Source: Craspedostauros australis
Taxonomy: Eukaryota
Reading direction: 5' to 3'
DNA: 64,000 bases
Assembly (NCBI GenBank): GCA_030167865.1
Contig: JALAGF010004429.1
Coordinates: forward strand, 1 to 64,000
Below the pieces are notes generated by a model, which did not search any database, was not told where the DNA came from, and saw nothing but the letters and a program-made list of their open reading frames with translations. Made by a program: the position numbers and the translations under genes. Numbering within the stretch: position 1 is the first letter of the stretch; the number at the start of each line of letters is the position of its first letter. Below, in pieces: positions 38,247-50,861 of the stretch.

Positions 38247-39940
38247 GGCCAGACCTGTGGTCAGTTCGATGGAAGAGGACGGAAGAGGACGGATGTATTA
38301 TACGAGCTATGTACTCGTATTGGTACTATTCTATTATTCTATTATATAATATAGAATATGTGTGGAAGATATGATACGAGTTGGATGCAGCCACGAATTG
38401 GACAGCTCGTGTGATGGCTGACACCACCCCGCTTCATCCTCTGTGCAGCATCTTGTTCTTTCGTGCCAACGAGAGCGGCTTTGCGGTTGTTTTGTTTGGC
38501 GGTTGGTTGCTCATTGTTCATTGTGTTGTTTCTGTTTCGTGTGCGTGGCTTCGCCGTGTTGCGTTTTGGGGAGATTCATCTCTTGCGCGTACATGTAGTC
38601 CACTGAGTCGTGTTCCGAAGAAATCGGATGGTACCCAGTTAGAGCCTATTTACGTCACCTTTGTGGTTTCTCCAATTCACGATCAGCTGTGGTTGCCTAT
38701 GGATGGGAAGCAAGAGGCAGAGACGTGACTACGAACTTGCCTCACACGCACATCTACTCTGCCGCGCTCCACTGGTGTTGCAAGAGCGTTCTTGCTCTCC
38801 CTTCTCGCAAAGAAGAACACGGTGAGGATGATGGCGCCAAGCCTTCTCACCGATGCTTTTGCTTGGCACGTGTTATGTTATACGTACCTGCGATGATGCC
38901 TGGGACAAGTTTCGTGAATACAAACACGCAGAAGCAACTTCTTCAACACCATGTGTGTTTTGTGTTGACGCCTTTGAAGCTTGTTCTGTGTTCTCCGGAC
39001 GCGTCCGAAGAGAAGTCATCGCGATTCGCCCATGACGTGACCTGGACTCACAAGACTCGCTGGTTGCAACTTCCCACACGGTTCGAAACGACAAAATCTG
39101 GCCTCCCACACAAAATTGGACACTGACGAGGGGAGCGATCAGCATCCTACAAACCACACCATACAACTACAAGGGAGCACAATTTTGAATCGAACCAAAA
39201 GCGTGAAGCTTCTGCGTAATATTCTGCATCGCAGTTTGCGCGCGCTTTGGTGTACAGAGATGGCCATTGTGATGTCGCCGTCGTTGTTGCTGTTGCTCTT
39301 GCTGTCACATCTGGGTTTGAAGCAGCCGCCTCTGTCAGCCTCACTGTCGATCTCCATCGCCATCTCCACTACCTCCGCCACTGCTATCACCATGGTCAAT
39401 GCTGTGCTGGTTCAATTTGGGTTTGGCACACAGAGTCCTCCACGACAGTTGACACCACCTCCAACGGCCTCTCTTGCCATGTCTGGCAATGTTCACACCT
39501 TCATGATGTGCTGCCGCTGCACTGCTTTCGCCATGCCTCGCTCTGTGGCATCATGCTGCCATGTTTTCAACCCATCTCAGGTTTCGTCTCTTGTTGGCAC
39601 TTCGGTTGTTGTCACAACGGACACAGAATCCACATTGACAAAACCGTGAAGGCAACCAAGGCATTCCCAAGTGATCACAAACCGCGCACACCAACAATCG
39701 CAATCGCAATCGCAATCATCACTGCCATCAGCACCAACAATTGCATTGAAATCAAGAGCTGCTATTGTAACGACCGAAGCAAGGGAATCGAGCATACAAA
39801 ACAAACGAACGAACCCATAATAGTACGGTAAGCAACATGTGATATCCACTCCGCTTCGCCATGTTGTTTGAGCGGCGGTCGGCTGAATGCTCCATAATCG
39901 CACCCTTTTCGGATCGTTTCTCGTTGTCGTTGTGGTGCGC

Positions 39941-39970
39941 GCGTGTATGCGTGTATGCGTGTATGCGTGT
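39941..39970 (+). repeat. 8-bp tandem repeat (GCGTGTAT) x3.75
   Basis: Read directly. Confidence 0.9.
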
Positions 39971-41653
39971 GTGATGCAGCTGAGGCAAGAAGATATGGCG
40001 AATACAAGCGAGAGCAACACGGCGCGTTGAACACGACGCGATCCACCAAATGACGAAGGCCCGCACTGCGGCCGGGGTGGTTGGTTTGGCACACGCTTCA
40101 CATGCGGCATGGGGCACACTCTGAGCAATTCAAATCTGCCTCGCCAGTACGCCGTCGCCGCCGTGGCTGCATGTGGTCATCACATCTCCGACCATGTTCA
40201 ATGCTGCACCGTCGCCGTCCGCATCAGAAAGAAGCCACGGAAGGAAGGTGGCTGCCCATGTCTCGGAGCCGTTGATGGATCCATGTTGGTGGGGAGGTGA
40301 GAGGTTTCTCTGCACGCAGGGCGCGCATGTGAACATTCACAAGGTCCCTTCCCTGCCTGGGTGGCAACCGGCCAGCAGCACCCACGAATGCAGAGGCGAT
40401 ACCACCGACGGTGGTGACGATGAGAAGTCCGGCCCCCTTCATGATGGTTGCGGTGACACTCATTCGCACATCAACGGCGCAGCAGCATCGCAACAACACG
40501 AACAACTCGGAACGACGATAGCGGCCACAAGAATGGCGGTCGCAGCCACGATAACAACAGCAACAAAAGTGGTGACAGCGACATGCACAAGTGGGTGATC
40601 GATCCCGTCCCCCAAGTTTCGCACCGAGAAAAAAGTGGAGATCGTGACCGTTGCGCTTGGTGGGATTCATGGATTGGCATCCACTCCACAAAACTCTCTA
40701 AATGAATTGTGTGTGGGTGCAATCGTGACAACCCACCATAATTGAAAAAAGTCGCACACTCCGTCGAACTCAATTTGAGTTCGCCCATCACCATCCCACG
40801 CCAAATCTCGCTCACAATACTCGCACGAAATGGGCTCCCACTGGTGGCTTCCCTTCTTGGTTGGCGGACCATCGTCGCCGATCGATCGATTGATCAGTCG
40901 TTCGCTGTTTGAGAGCAGCTGCGATCGCCATGTCATCATGTCGTCGGGTTGGAATTTTGTGCACAATGGCGTCCGACATTCCCATTTTGGCGCCATCGAA
41001 CAATGGATGCAACATTTCTCTCTCACCAACAACAACAATGCCTTCAATGTGCCTCCTTCTTGCAACGCCCTCTTGTCTCAACGAACAACAAATGTCTCTG
41101 CGCCGCGCGTTCTCGCCACCGTCGACTGATGAATGCCTCATCCGGACCAACAAGGACATTAGACAGCCTGACATGATCACTCCAAGACAAGACCAATCAT
41201 CTCCTGTGAGTGCATACCGCGTCATGGTCATGAATGTGGACGTGGATGCGATTGCGATCGTGCAATGGTGCAACAATGACATCTGCAAATTGGCATCACA
41301 ACCGCACCGCCATTTTGAATTGGGAGCTTGACCAATACTCACATAGACTGCGTTTCTGTCTCTCCTTTGTCTTTGTCATTCCCCGCGCAAACATCGCGCC
41401 ATCACATCGTCACATCGGACACCATTACATCACATCACATCGTCACATCACATCACATCACACATTCCGTCGAACCTCTGCTGTGGCTATTCGAAACACA
41501 TGCCACACGGCACACGGCGCACAACACATGACTTTCCACCGCCTACATTCCATCGTGCTTTACTCCACTCTATTCGACTCCACTCTCTCACTGTTGCATT
41601 TGGCCACGCACACCGAACAACAGACATTCGATCACCACGGTGGCAACGACACG

Positions 41654-43527
41654 ATGGACGAAAAGAAATCGACGAAGAAGATCCGAGTGAAGACTCCGAA
41701 CGACAATGACGTTCTATTTGGACGCGGCGGGAGGAACAACAAACACAGCGGCAATGAAAAGCTCCGGTTGGCCGCAAAGGAGCGCTGCAGCCGGTACATG
41801 GTCAGCGAGAAAAAGGAAAAGTCGCACATCGCCATCGAGCTTGTGCAGTACGTGCGGAACTTGGATCCTCCAGGACGGTAAGTGTTTGCGCGTTTCGTGG
41901 TCGTGCTCAGCGCTGCCACCACCATTACACGAGGTTGCTGTCTCGTTGTCACCAGGCTACTGATTGAGGTTCTGTCATGGTGGACAGCATGCTATGTGAT
42001 TCGTCTGGAGGCATCACCGTCGTAGGCGTCGTCACTACTATCGTATCATTGGCTCACCATCACCTTCACCAACTCGATCATTGTCCTCTCACCGTCATGT
42101 ACCATACTCCACTATGTGATGCTTGCACACCGCACTATTCTACCCACCTGGACGACTTCTGCAATGGATGATGTGCCATGCATCATTGCAGCTTCTTGGA
42201 GCGCGCCAAGGATGGGGATTGGGAGGATGTTGGGAATACCCGAGCACGAGAAAAGACCAGCCAGGCGATGCGGGATGCTGTGGCATTGTTCAGGCGTGGA
42301 GTCAGAAGGCAGAAGGGATTGCCGCGTGTGAAGGCGCGGGGTCAAGGCGGCGCCAGCAAGGAGCCATCGTCGACCAATGCGCAAGGCACCACGTACGAAT
42401 CGAACGACGAGGAGCCAGCCGAGCAGGAGGGACGAGATGTGTCGCGCTACCAACTTGGACGGAAGCGGGTCGCCATCCAGGAACCAAGAGAAGCCCGACG
42501 GCCGAATCCATACCACGAAGCATTCGCTTACCGCGAGCGTCAGCATGAGCGAGATCAGATCGATCATCGTAGTCGTCACGGCAGACCTATTCTCAACTCT
42601 GACCATGACGAAGAAGGCTGCCCCTTTCACTACCAGCAACAGTATGGTCATCCATACCCCGATCAATACCATCTCTTTGATGCGGCAAGCCATGACTACG
42701 AGTATGGATACGACCGTGTTCGCACCATGGAGCGACGCCGCGCCACAGGAACCCTGGAATTCCATTTGACGACGGAATCGTCCATTTCTCCCGATTCCGG
42801 TCCGCACTGGCCGACTGTCACTCCCGTGGCTTCTACTTCCCCAGATGGAACAGGCGCGGTGGCTGCGAGCGCAAATGGTGCACCGTTCGCAGAGAGTTCC
42901 GCCTACGGCGCAGGCCATGGACAGAGTCGGAGCCGAACCCCCATCTTCGATGTCGACCAGCGGATTCAAATGCCATCCTACCTCCCGGTGACGCCGCTGT
43001 CTTCGTCGCGGTTCAAGAGACAGCGCCACTACGAGAAGCTGCTTCACCAGAGTGGTGGCTACCACAGCATCGGAGAGCTGCGTGGAGGATCGTACGGCAG
43101 CAGGCGTCGGACAGTGGATTCAGATATGGCCACGTACACCATTGGTGACACATCTATCCGTACCCCCGACCAACGCGACGGCGGTGTGGAGGTTCCGCAT
43201 CTGTTGCATCATCCTGGAACCACCCCGATCACGGCTGGCGCTGCCGCCCAACCTGGAAGAGGTTGGATGTCAGGCACTGCGAATCCAAAACGTCCACCCG
43301 CGGAAGATACCACGGACGATGCGCCGACAATGCAGCCTCAGAGGGGGCATGCCCCGGCACGCACAGCCACCGCGGTTGCATCACCAGCGACGAGCGAACA
43401 CGAGCTGCTGAACGATGCCATCCTCTCCGATTCCGAAGGCGACGGCAGTCGCAACCATTCATCGTCGCTCGCAGCGGCGCAATACCAGCCACCGTTCGAA
43501 AACCAAGCATTCGCAGACGGTATGTAG
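41654..43527 (+). CDS. DUF6824-type putative DNA-binding protein (~519 aa); exons 41654-41877, 42192-43527
   Basis: NDVLFGRGGRNNKHSGN..EKSHIA..PPGR|FLER..WEDVG...AREKTSQAMRD is the hallmark of this diatom-expanded domain. GTAAGT donor at 41878 and TTGCAG acceptor at 42191. Confidence 0.88.
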
Positions 43528-44291
43528 AGTGGATGGACGGGAGTATGGGTCCATCCATCGATCCGTCTGCGAAGAAAGGGGTGGAGCATGCTATGGCTTG
43601 TATCGGCACGGATCGAGGATTCTGAAGTATGAGATCTTGTGATGTGCGTGCCGCTCATGCTGCCTGACAAGAGACCGAAGACTTGGCGCCACGCAAACAA
43701 TGATGATGGGGAACACGCGTCATTGCACAGACTTGGCGGGAAGGAGCCATTGATATGGTATTCGATCCAAACCTTGGATTCTTCCTCTTGGCAATCCTTC
43801 GACAAGCAACAAAGAAGCAAAGATATACAGCAGCCAGCACAGCAGCAGTATGTTCGTGCACATAACAGTAGATCTATCTCAAGTGAATTCGTGTGTCCGT
43901 TTTGGGGATCTGTGTAGACGGAGTGTAGATATGATTGTAATCGTGGTCGTGAGTGCAGATATTGTATTGCAAGCTATGCTTGTGTGCGCGTTGGATTGCG
44001 ATCAATATGGTCACATACTCTTGGGTAGAACACCATCTGCATTGACACAAAGCGAAAGAGAGACAGAGCATTGAAGAATGGTACCAATAGCAGTACTCTA
44101 TGCAGCCTTCCGATCAATGGTAAGAACAGCCCCGCCCTGCGTCTCCGATTTCGAAATGTGCATCTGCCAATGCAAAAGTACGTACACCGCATCACCGAGA
44201 CAGGTCGTGGCACCCAAATGTTTGCTTGCCTTACCTTGTCTTGGTCTTCGAGCATGCTTTGGTCTCCGTTCAGGACGACTGCGCAATAACT

Positions 44292-45329
44292 TCAATTCTC
44301 CTTGTCAAACAGCAACGGAGCCGCGGCGATGAAGTAGACACTGCCGCTGGTTATCGTGACGAGCGCGCAGAGATAGAGGAACGCCAACCCGGGCGTGAGG
44401 AGCTGCGCCAGAATGCCCTGGTTGTTCTCCGGCACGAAGAGCAGCACCGTGAGCGACACCATGGTGAGGGCCGTCTTGACCTTGCCTTGCATGCCGACCT
44501 TGACCGCATCGCGCTGTCCGCGCTGCGCCATCCACTCGCGCAATGCCGACACGGCGATTTCGCGGGCCAGGATGATGGCGGTGGGGATGGCCACGATGGC
44601 GCCGTACCGTCCCGCGAGCAGGATGAGGGCCGTGCTGACCATGAGCTTGTCGCTGACGGGGTCCAGGAATGCGCCGAAGGCACTCGAGATGTCCCATCTG
44701 CGCGCCAAGTAGCCATCCAGCCAATCCGTGAAGGACGCCAAGGCGAAGAGCCATCCGGTCGCGATGTTCGCTTGTGGCTGGTAGAACATCGCCACGAGGA
44801 GCGGGATGGCAACGCAGCGGCTGTACGTCAACCAGTCCGGCAGGCGGTGCCATGGGAAGGCTGGGAACTGCCGGCGCAGCAAACCGGGCGGTGGAGCATT
44901 GGGACCGAGCTTGCTGTGTCCTGCGGATTGCAAGGGTGTTACCGATGTCACCGATGCGGCTGCAGCGGGCGTGCCCATCGTTGTGCTGGCGGCGTCCGAA
45001 GGTTGCAGAGAACCAGTCTCGTCCATGGGGGGAGGAGCCTCGGAGTCCGCAGTGCTCTCTGCTGGCGAAGCCTCTTGGTTGTTGTCTCCTTCGGACTCTG
45101 CGCCGGCTGAAGCTGCGACTGCGACGGTTGGGTCAACCGGACTGCCGCTCGTGCTGCCACCCACCGGAATGCCGGCCTTCGTGGCACGACTGCGGTGCTC
45201 ACGCCGTGGGAAGATCCCGAGGATGGATGATCTTGCTGCGAACGGCGTGGCAAACGAAGACGATGCCTGCAGGGCCGTGGAGATCAAGAACAACGCCACC
45301 AAGGAATGTCGCTGACCCATTCTCATCAT
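44292..45329 (-). CDS. PGP1: CDP-diacylglycerol--glycerol-3-phosphate 3-phosphatidyltransferase (PGP synthase, PgsA-like), probably plastid-targeted
   Basis: LPDWLTYSR, CDP-alcohol motif TDWLDGYLARRW...FGAFLDPVSDKL, REIAVSALRE, GKVKTALTM; signal peptide + ASS-FAT. Cardiolipin synthase is a less likely alternative. Confidence 0.88.
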   Translation of the reverse strand: MMRMGQRHSLVALFLISTALQASSSFATPFAARSSILGIFPRREHRSRATKAGIPVGGSTSGSPVDPTVAVAASAGAESEGDNNQEASPAESTADSEAPPPMDETGSLQPSDAASTTMGTPAAAASVTSVTPLQSAGHSKLGPNAPPPGLLRRQFPAFPWHRLPDWLTYSRCVAIPLLVAMFYQPQANIATGWLFALASFTDWLDGYLARRWDISSAFGAFLDPVSDKLMVSTALILLAGRYGAIVAIPTAIILAREIAVSALREWMAQRGQRDAVKVGMQGKVKTALTMVSLTVLLFVPENNQGILAQLLTPGLAFLYLCALVTITSGSVYFIAAAPLLFDKEN

Positions 45330-45951
45330 GCTGTCTTTCAGCAAGACTGTACTACGGGTATAGAATAGAATAGAACAGAATAGGATAGAGCAGAGTAGAG
45401 CAGAGCAGTTCCGTGTCTGCAACAGAGTGAGTGCTCAAGGATTGGCCGTGACTGTCGTGGCTGGAGTCTCCTTCTTTGCCTTGATCTGCGTTGCTCTGTG
45501 TCGATTTGTGTTGGTGTCAGTTGAATGGGATGGATTGGTCCGATGACGATCTTGGCACAGGAGCGAGGCGAACGCCTGGGTGAAAAATAACACGTGTTTC
45601 AACGGGTTGAATATTTGGGGTTGCGGTAATGCGCCTTTGTCTTCATTTAATTTTATTGAACAACATGGATTCAGTCTTGCTTCCACCCGTCACAATCAAC
45701 AACCAAGACCACAACCAACACAAACAAAATCCCGATTGGACGCAATGTGGTTGGCAAAACCAATCAAGACAACAATCGCCCACCCTGTTGTTGGCTGCGC
45801 AACGCACACAGAAGCTCGTCGGTCGGCCAACACCACAACCAGCAAACCCAACTGTTCGACGAGACATCAGAGCAACAAGGGCAGAAAGGAAAAGACAGCA
45901 AGCTATCAACGCAACCAAACGATCGAGTGACGACCACAAACAGCCTCCAAG

Positions 45952-46391
45952 ATGCATCTCATGGTCTATTTGGATGACTCGGGCAACAGAGTATACACTC
46001 TGAAGGTGAGCAAGATGGCTGTTACGTCGAGATCATGTCCTGCTGCGTCCTGTTCTGCCCAGTTCCATCATGTCGTCTCGCAGAGCACGAGGGCACATGC
46101 TTCCTCAATCTCGGTGAGATGAGAGGAGCGAAATCCAATCACAAGCACCACCCCGCTCACATGCATGCTCATCCCCGACACTCCTGTCTCTTTCAACCGC
46201 CCGATCATGCATACTGGTATCTCCGCACGCACCGTTCAAACGCACACCAGAAAGAAAACCCCGAAGGCAAGGTGACAGAAAGCGCACATCCCGCCAGATT
46301 CTCGCCAGATGATAAATTCAGCCGACACCGAGTTGCCTGCAAGAAGCGCTTCGGCCTTTACTTGCCATCGCATCCACAGAAGCCACTGTAG
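45952..46391 (+). CDS. NOP10: H/ACA snoRNP subunit NOP10 (64 aa); exons 45952-46005, 46251-46391
   Basis: [58 protein letters not shown] donor and CCAG acceptor. Confidence 0.97.
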
Positions 46392-47422
46392 AACAGTGCT
46401 GCGATTGCACCATGTGCGATGAAGTACGTCGGAGTACGAGAACGTGCCATGCGATAGTCTCCGTGCAATCCAGATGCGGAGGCACGGCATTGGACACAAG
46501 TCCCTCGATCGAGCATGATCGCTCACTATTGGAGGTAATGATATTCAACGCATGGGTACCGATGCGGATCGATATCATTCGATTGACAGACGCTGCCTTT
46601 GTGCAAAGACATGCACGTATTGGTGTGCGTGAAGATGAACAAAGTTCGCAGAGGATTGGTTCTAAGTTGGATCTTTTCACATGGGATCTTCGTGACACAC
46701 AACAGCAAGGGGCGCACTGGCTTCAACGCAAAACATGAGAGAACGACACTGTGGGGAAATGGAACGATACGGGTTGGAAGGTGATTGCCACAGGCTGCAT
46801 TATGGCGTGGTTTGCGCAGGTACAAATGAAGCCAACGACCCAAATCATCAAGAGACAACAGCAGCCCCAGCTTTCCAAAAGAAAACAGAATAGAGATGTT
46901 TCTCTGGAGAAGATGTACGCACACGTCCGTTTCACACTTCCGTTGAACTGCCATAGATACTCGTACAGAAGTAGGGGGCCTGTTGTGAATCGTCTCATGA
47001 GAGTACCTCCTCCTATTTGGTTGGTGTTTTAGTTATTGTCATATTTATGGTATCATGGTCTCCAAGCTCTTCACCCTGGCGGAAGCATCCCTTGGTTTAT
47101 TCTCGCTTTCGCTTGCTTCCTGTGGTCCATGGATACGCAGTAGAAAAGCAGCATGAACCCATGAGTCAACATTTGGATCAAGGGATGATAGCCAACGTGG
47201 ACGCAGAAACGCATAAGGCAATGCAAAGTGAGCAGAATAGGTCACCACGTGTAATAAAGAAACGAGAACGTGTGAGACGCCGTGACAGACCAAGTCAAAT
47301 CATGTGTGGATCCATCACAGAATGCACCAGCAACCGATAGTAGCAACATCCGTCATCATCATCATTATCATTGTCGTCATCATTTCGAACAACCAGACAA
47401 CTCCACAGAGCAATTGCAGGCT

Positions 47423-48491
47423 TCAAAGCTCCTGGCTGCTTTCTTTCACTCTTTCTGCATCCCACAATTCACAATCCACGGCGCGTGACCCACCTTGCTG
47501 CCTCTGCTGCGCTGCCTGCTCCATCTTTCGCTTCATGGTGGTGACGGTTTGGAAGATCGGGGCATTCTTCAACAGTTCTGGAAGGACGACGAAACGGATG
47601 CTGCTGCCACGTAGGTACACATTGGGCAATTTGGAGACCTGACCGTTGCGTGCTGTCTTCAACACATCCGACATATTCATATTCATTGTCTCTTCGGCAC
47701 CCACGAGCATACCTCTGAAAATTTCACCATTCTTCATCTGTGTGTGTGTGTGTGTGTGGACGCGAGAGCAAAGTGTGAAGAAATTAGGATGGCAAGCAAA
47801 TGAAGGTGAGTGAGACATTCAGGAACATGATTCAGAGATGTTTCCAACGGTGGGGCATGGAGTGCCCATCATCCTGGGAATCAATTGACACCCGATCATG
47901 CATCAGGCCACCACACTCTTCTCATGCAACCTGGAGAATGCGTGGTGGTGGAATATGACACGACACGACATCACAGTCCAGTAGGATCCACTCTGGCCCA
48001 GTCCATTGCAGTACATACCTCAACTGTGACCTTCATGTTCTCGGCCTCAAAGAGCAATTTCAATGGAACCCCGGCAGTACCTGCATCGTATTGTCGCAAG
48101 CGTGAGGGTGCGTTTGTATTCATATTTGCGTTTGCGTAATGGACGCATGTGTGAATGTTTGGCCCCGAATGATGGTGGTGATGATGATGATGATGATGAA
48201 GGCAGTAGTGTATGAAAGAGGAATGATGGGTCACCCACCATCACAAAGTCGATTCATCGTTGCGCATCATGAATCCCGAAATCATCAAATGTGGATCGCA
48301 AGAAAAGGAGCAGTGTTAGTATCACGTGAAAGCAAGGACGCGATCGGACTGCCTCGTTCACCCATGCGAGTAACACATGCAAGGCATGATGCATGATCTT
48401 TTCACGAGGACGATGGAAGTCAAGCATGAAGATTGCAACGGTGCAAACAGCCACACAAACGCTTCGATTATCGCAAACAACACTCACTCAT
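47423..48491 (-). CDS. SNRPD3: Sm core protein SmD3-like; exons 48491-48488, 48080-48019, 47737-47423
   Basis: MSTAGVPLKLLFEAE..VTVE|MKNGEIFRGML..AEETMN..VYLRGSSIRFVVLPELLKNAP matches the SmD3 Sm1/Sm2 motifs. Alternative start at 48123 if the micro-exon is wrong; C-terminus possibly frameshifted. Confidence 0.88.
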
Positions 48492-49454
48492 GATGGATTC
48501 TGTTCTTTCGTATCGGTCTGTGGATTGGTCTTGGGTTCAAATCGGTTGCCCCTCGGTCTTGCTGTGCTTTGGTTCGTTTGTTAGAGTGCTTGTTCCTTGC
48601 GATTGGGTGTGCCGTTGTCGTTGCCGTTGCTGTTGCCGTTTCTTGCTTCCTGCAGGAAGGTTGATGTTTGGTTGATGCTGCTTGCCGCGATGGGTGTGTC
48701 CTGAGCGACCACGATGCCCATGTTCATGCCATCATTTTGGTTTCCTTCTTTTGGCGTTTGGCGTTTTGTGTTGTTGGTTTGGAGGGAATGCGCACCGTGA
48801 GACGACCAGACGGCTCATCAATGTCAGTCACAACTGTGATACACGAATTAAATGATACGAGTGTAGACACTTGTTCATTCTGCTTTGAAGCAACGGTGCG
48901 TACAGACGATGCCAACAAACGGCAGGGCACTACGAGCTACATAGTACCCTCCCTGGAGAGAGTGTAATAGTACAAATACGGGTACGCTACATGAAGCAGG
49001 TCTCCACTCCATTCCGCTCCGTCCTACTGTTACACTGGACGGGAAGTATTGTCGTCCGAAGCATTCCTTCGTTCAACAGATGGAAAGTAGTGCATTGGCT
49101 GTTCTTCGTTAATGACAAGAGGCGTCTGATGAAGTTGCTTTGGGTAGGCAATGGTGTGGAGTAGATGAAAGCGTGTACTCCAGCAATATTCCATGCGCAT
49201 TCGCGATGTACTTCTGGCGCGCCGAACGCGGCTTGATTTGTTGCATGGTAGCGACGTCTCCGGGTGTGGTAACTCCTTCTGGATACGTACATACGAGCTA
49301 TGAGTGCGCGCCCGTGTCTGCATCTTCGCCTGTGTGAATATCGGAGTGCCCAATAACGGCAGACGTATAATAGAGTGTTGCTGCGATATTCATATCCCTG
49401 CACCCACATTTCGCATGCAACCAACGAACTGAACACTGCGAGCTTCGTGCATTC

Positions 49455-49961
49455 TCACTGGTAATAGTTCTGCCCAGGATACGGTGACGTCGCTGTCTCT
49501 TGCGGATCCTTGGCCGGTGCCAGACTGTTGAGCAAGGTCGTGCAGAGCGGCGACAGATTCTGCCGCAGCAATGGTATGCCCGTGGACCGCACCGCCCCCA
49601 GATTCGATCCAGGTTGCAGGATGATGGTGACGACGACGGGCGATTGGTGCAAATGGATGATGGTGGCGTGCTCGTACATGGCCGTGATCGCCTTGGTTTC
49701 GTTGCCGAGATTGAGCAAGGGCAGCTGTTTCGACGGCGGCGCCCACATGGCTTCGAGGTTGGTGAGGACATCCGGCGGCAGCGACGCGGCCTGATCGGGG
49801 GCGTAGAATCGTCCGAGCGGCACGCCCTCGGCGGTCGTCAGCAAGATGACGCGGATGCCACCGCCTGCCTTGTTGACTCTATCGATCGTCTGCCGCACGG
49901 TGTTCTGCAATGGCGCAGGCAGCAGCTGCGTCGTCTGGTCAACGCCGGGTGTCGCGGACAT
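49455..49961 (-). CDS. LAMTOR3: Ragulator subunit LAMTOR3 (MP1)-like roadblock protein (168 aa)
   Basis: GIRVILLTTAEGVPL, LNLGNETKAITAMY, HQSPVVVTII..SNLGAV parallel LAMTOR3 (GLHAIVVSDRDGVPV, LGLSKNKSIICYY, RLPLVVSFIA..ANTGLI), recalled from memory. Confidence 0.75.
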   Translation of the reverse strand: MSATPGVDQTTQLLPAPLQNTVRQTIDRVNKAGGGIRVILLTTAEGVPLGRFYAPDQAASLPPDVLTNLEAMWAPPSKQLPLLNLGNETKAITAMYEHATIIHLHQSPVVVTIILQPGSNLGAVRSTGIPLLRQNLSPLCTTLLNSLAPAKDPQETATSPYPGQNYYQ

Positions 49962-50861
49962 GGCTCTATGGCTGTGTTGAAGCTGTGATGCGCGGGTTGA
50001 GGGTTGTGCGATTGTGTATCCGTCCCTGCTGTCTTCTTGATGTAGAGTAAATGCTGTGCTGTGTTGTCGTGGCAGATGAGCGCGTTGGAAGGTATTCTGC
50101 CTATGATGGATTGGACACAAGGAAGATGTGCTTTTCTGTGTGTTGTGTCGGTTTTGTTTTGGAGATTCGGATCGCGAGCACGTTCTGTTCTGTAGTTTTG
50201 TCTCGGAAACAGTCTTGTTGCTGTTCACGCTGGCAGATACGAGTAGTGAAGGAGACGGGGCACTTCAGACACCACTGCGGCTAAGACAGTCGGCAGCCAT
50301 CACATCACAACAGCAACAACTTCCAGGATCCAGAAAGGATCACAACACAAGCAATGGAAGATGATGGACGTATTGGCTATCGTAAGCTGATCTCAGAATA
50401 CCATGCATGTACGAACAGAGGAAGTGACTGAGGACTTGAGAGATATGTTCGCTGCGGAAACTGGGAAACACTAAAAAGTTATGTATGTATCATATCGCTC
50501 TTTCTGTGCATGCTGTGCGCAAGCTTGTCTCCACAGCGCGTCAACGATGTGCAGTTGAAAAGGGTTGGTGTTCGCGGTGACGAGATCCCGGCAACAACTC
50601 GCGAGGAGAATCGCATGACATCGTCCCGACGTCGATCGCGCCACGTTGTGGTTGGGCTGGTGTTGGTCCTTTCCGTGGTTCTTTGTTCAATGAGGCAGGC
50701 ACGTTAGATAGGGCTGTAGCGCTCACGTTCAATTCACTGCCCGTGCGGTGCAGATGCCATTAGCCACGCCATGCCGTTCGGGTTAAGGATGGGACCGGAT
50801 GATTTACTTTGGCTGGCACAAGTTCAGGTACAGGTACGAGTACATGTGCGTGGGGGCGAAT

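Noticed and set aside
46400-47420. Short ORFs between NOP10 and SmD3; possible snoRNA/snRNA given the RNP neighbours
   Set aside because: No recognisable protein motif, box C/D, H/ACA or Sm-site structure seen; an Infernal/Rfam scan would be needed.
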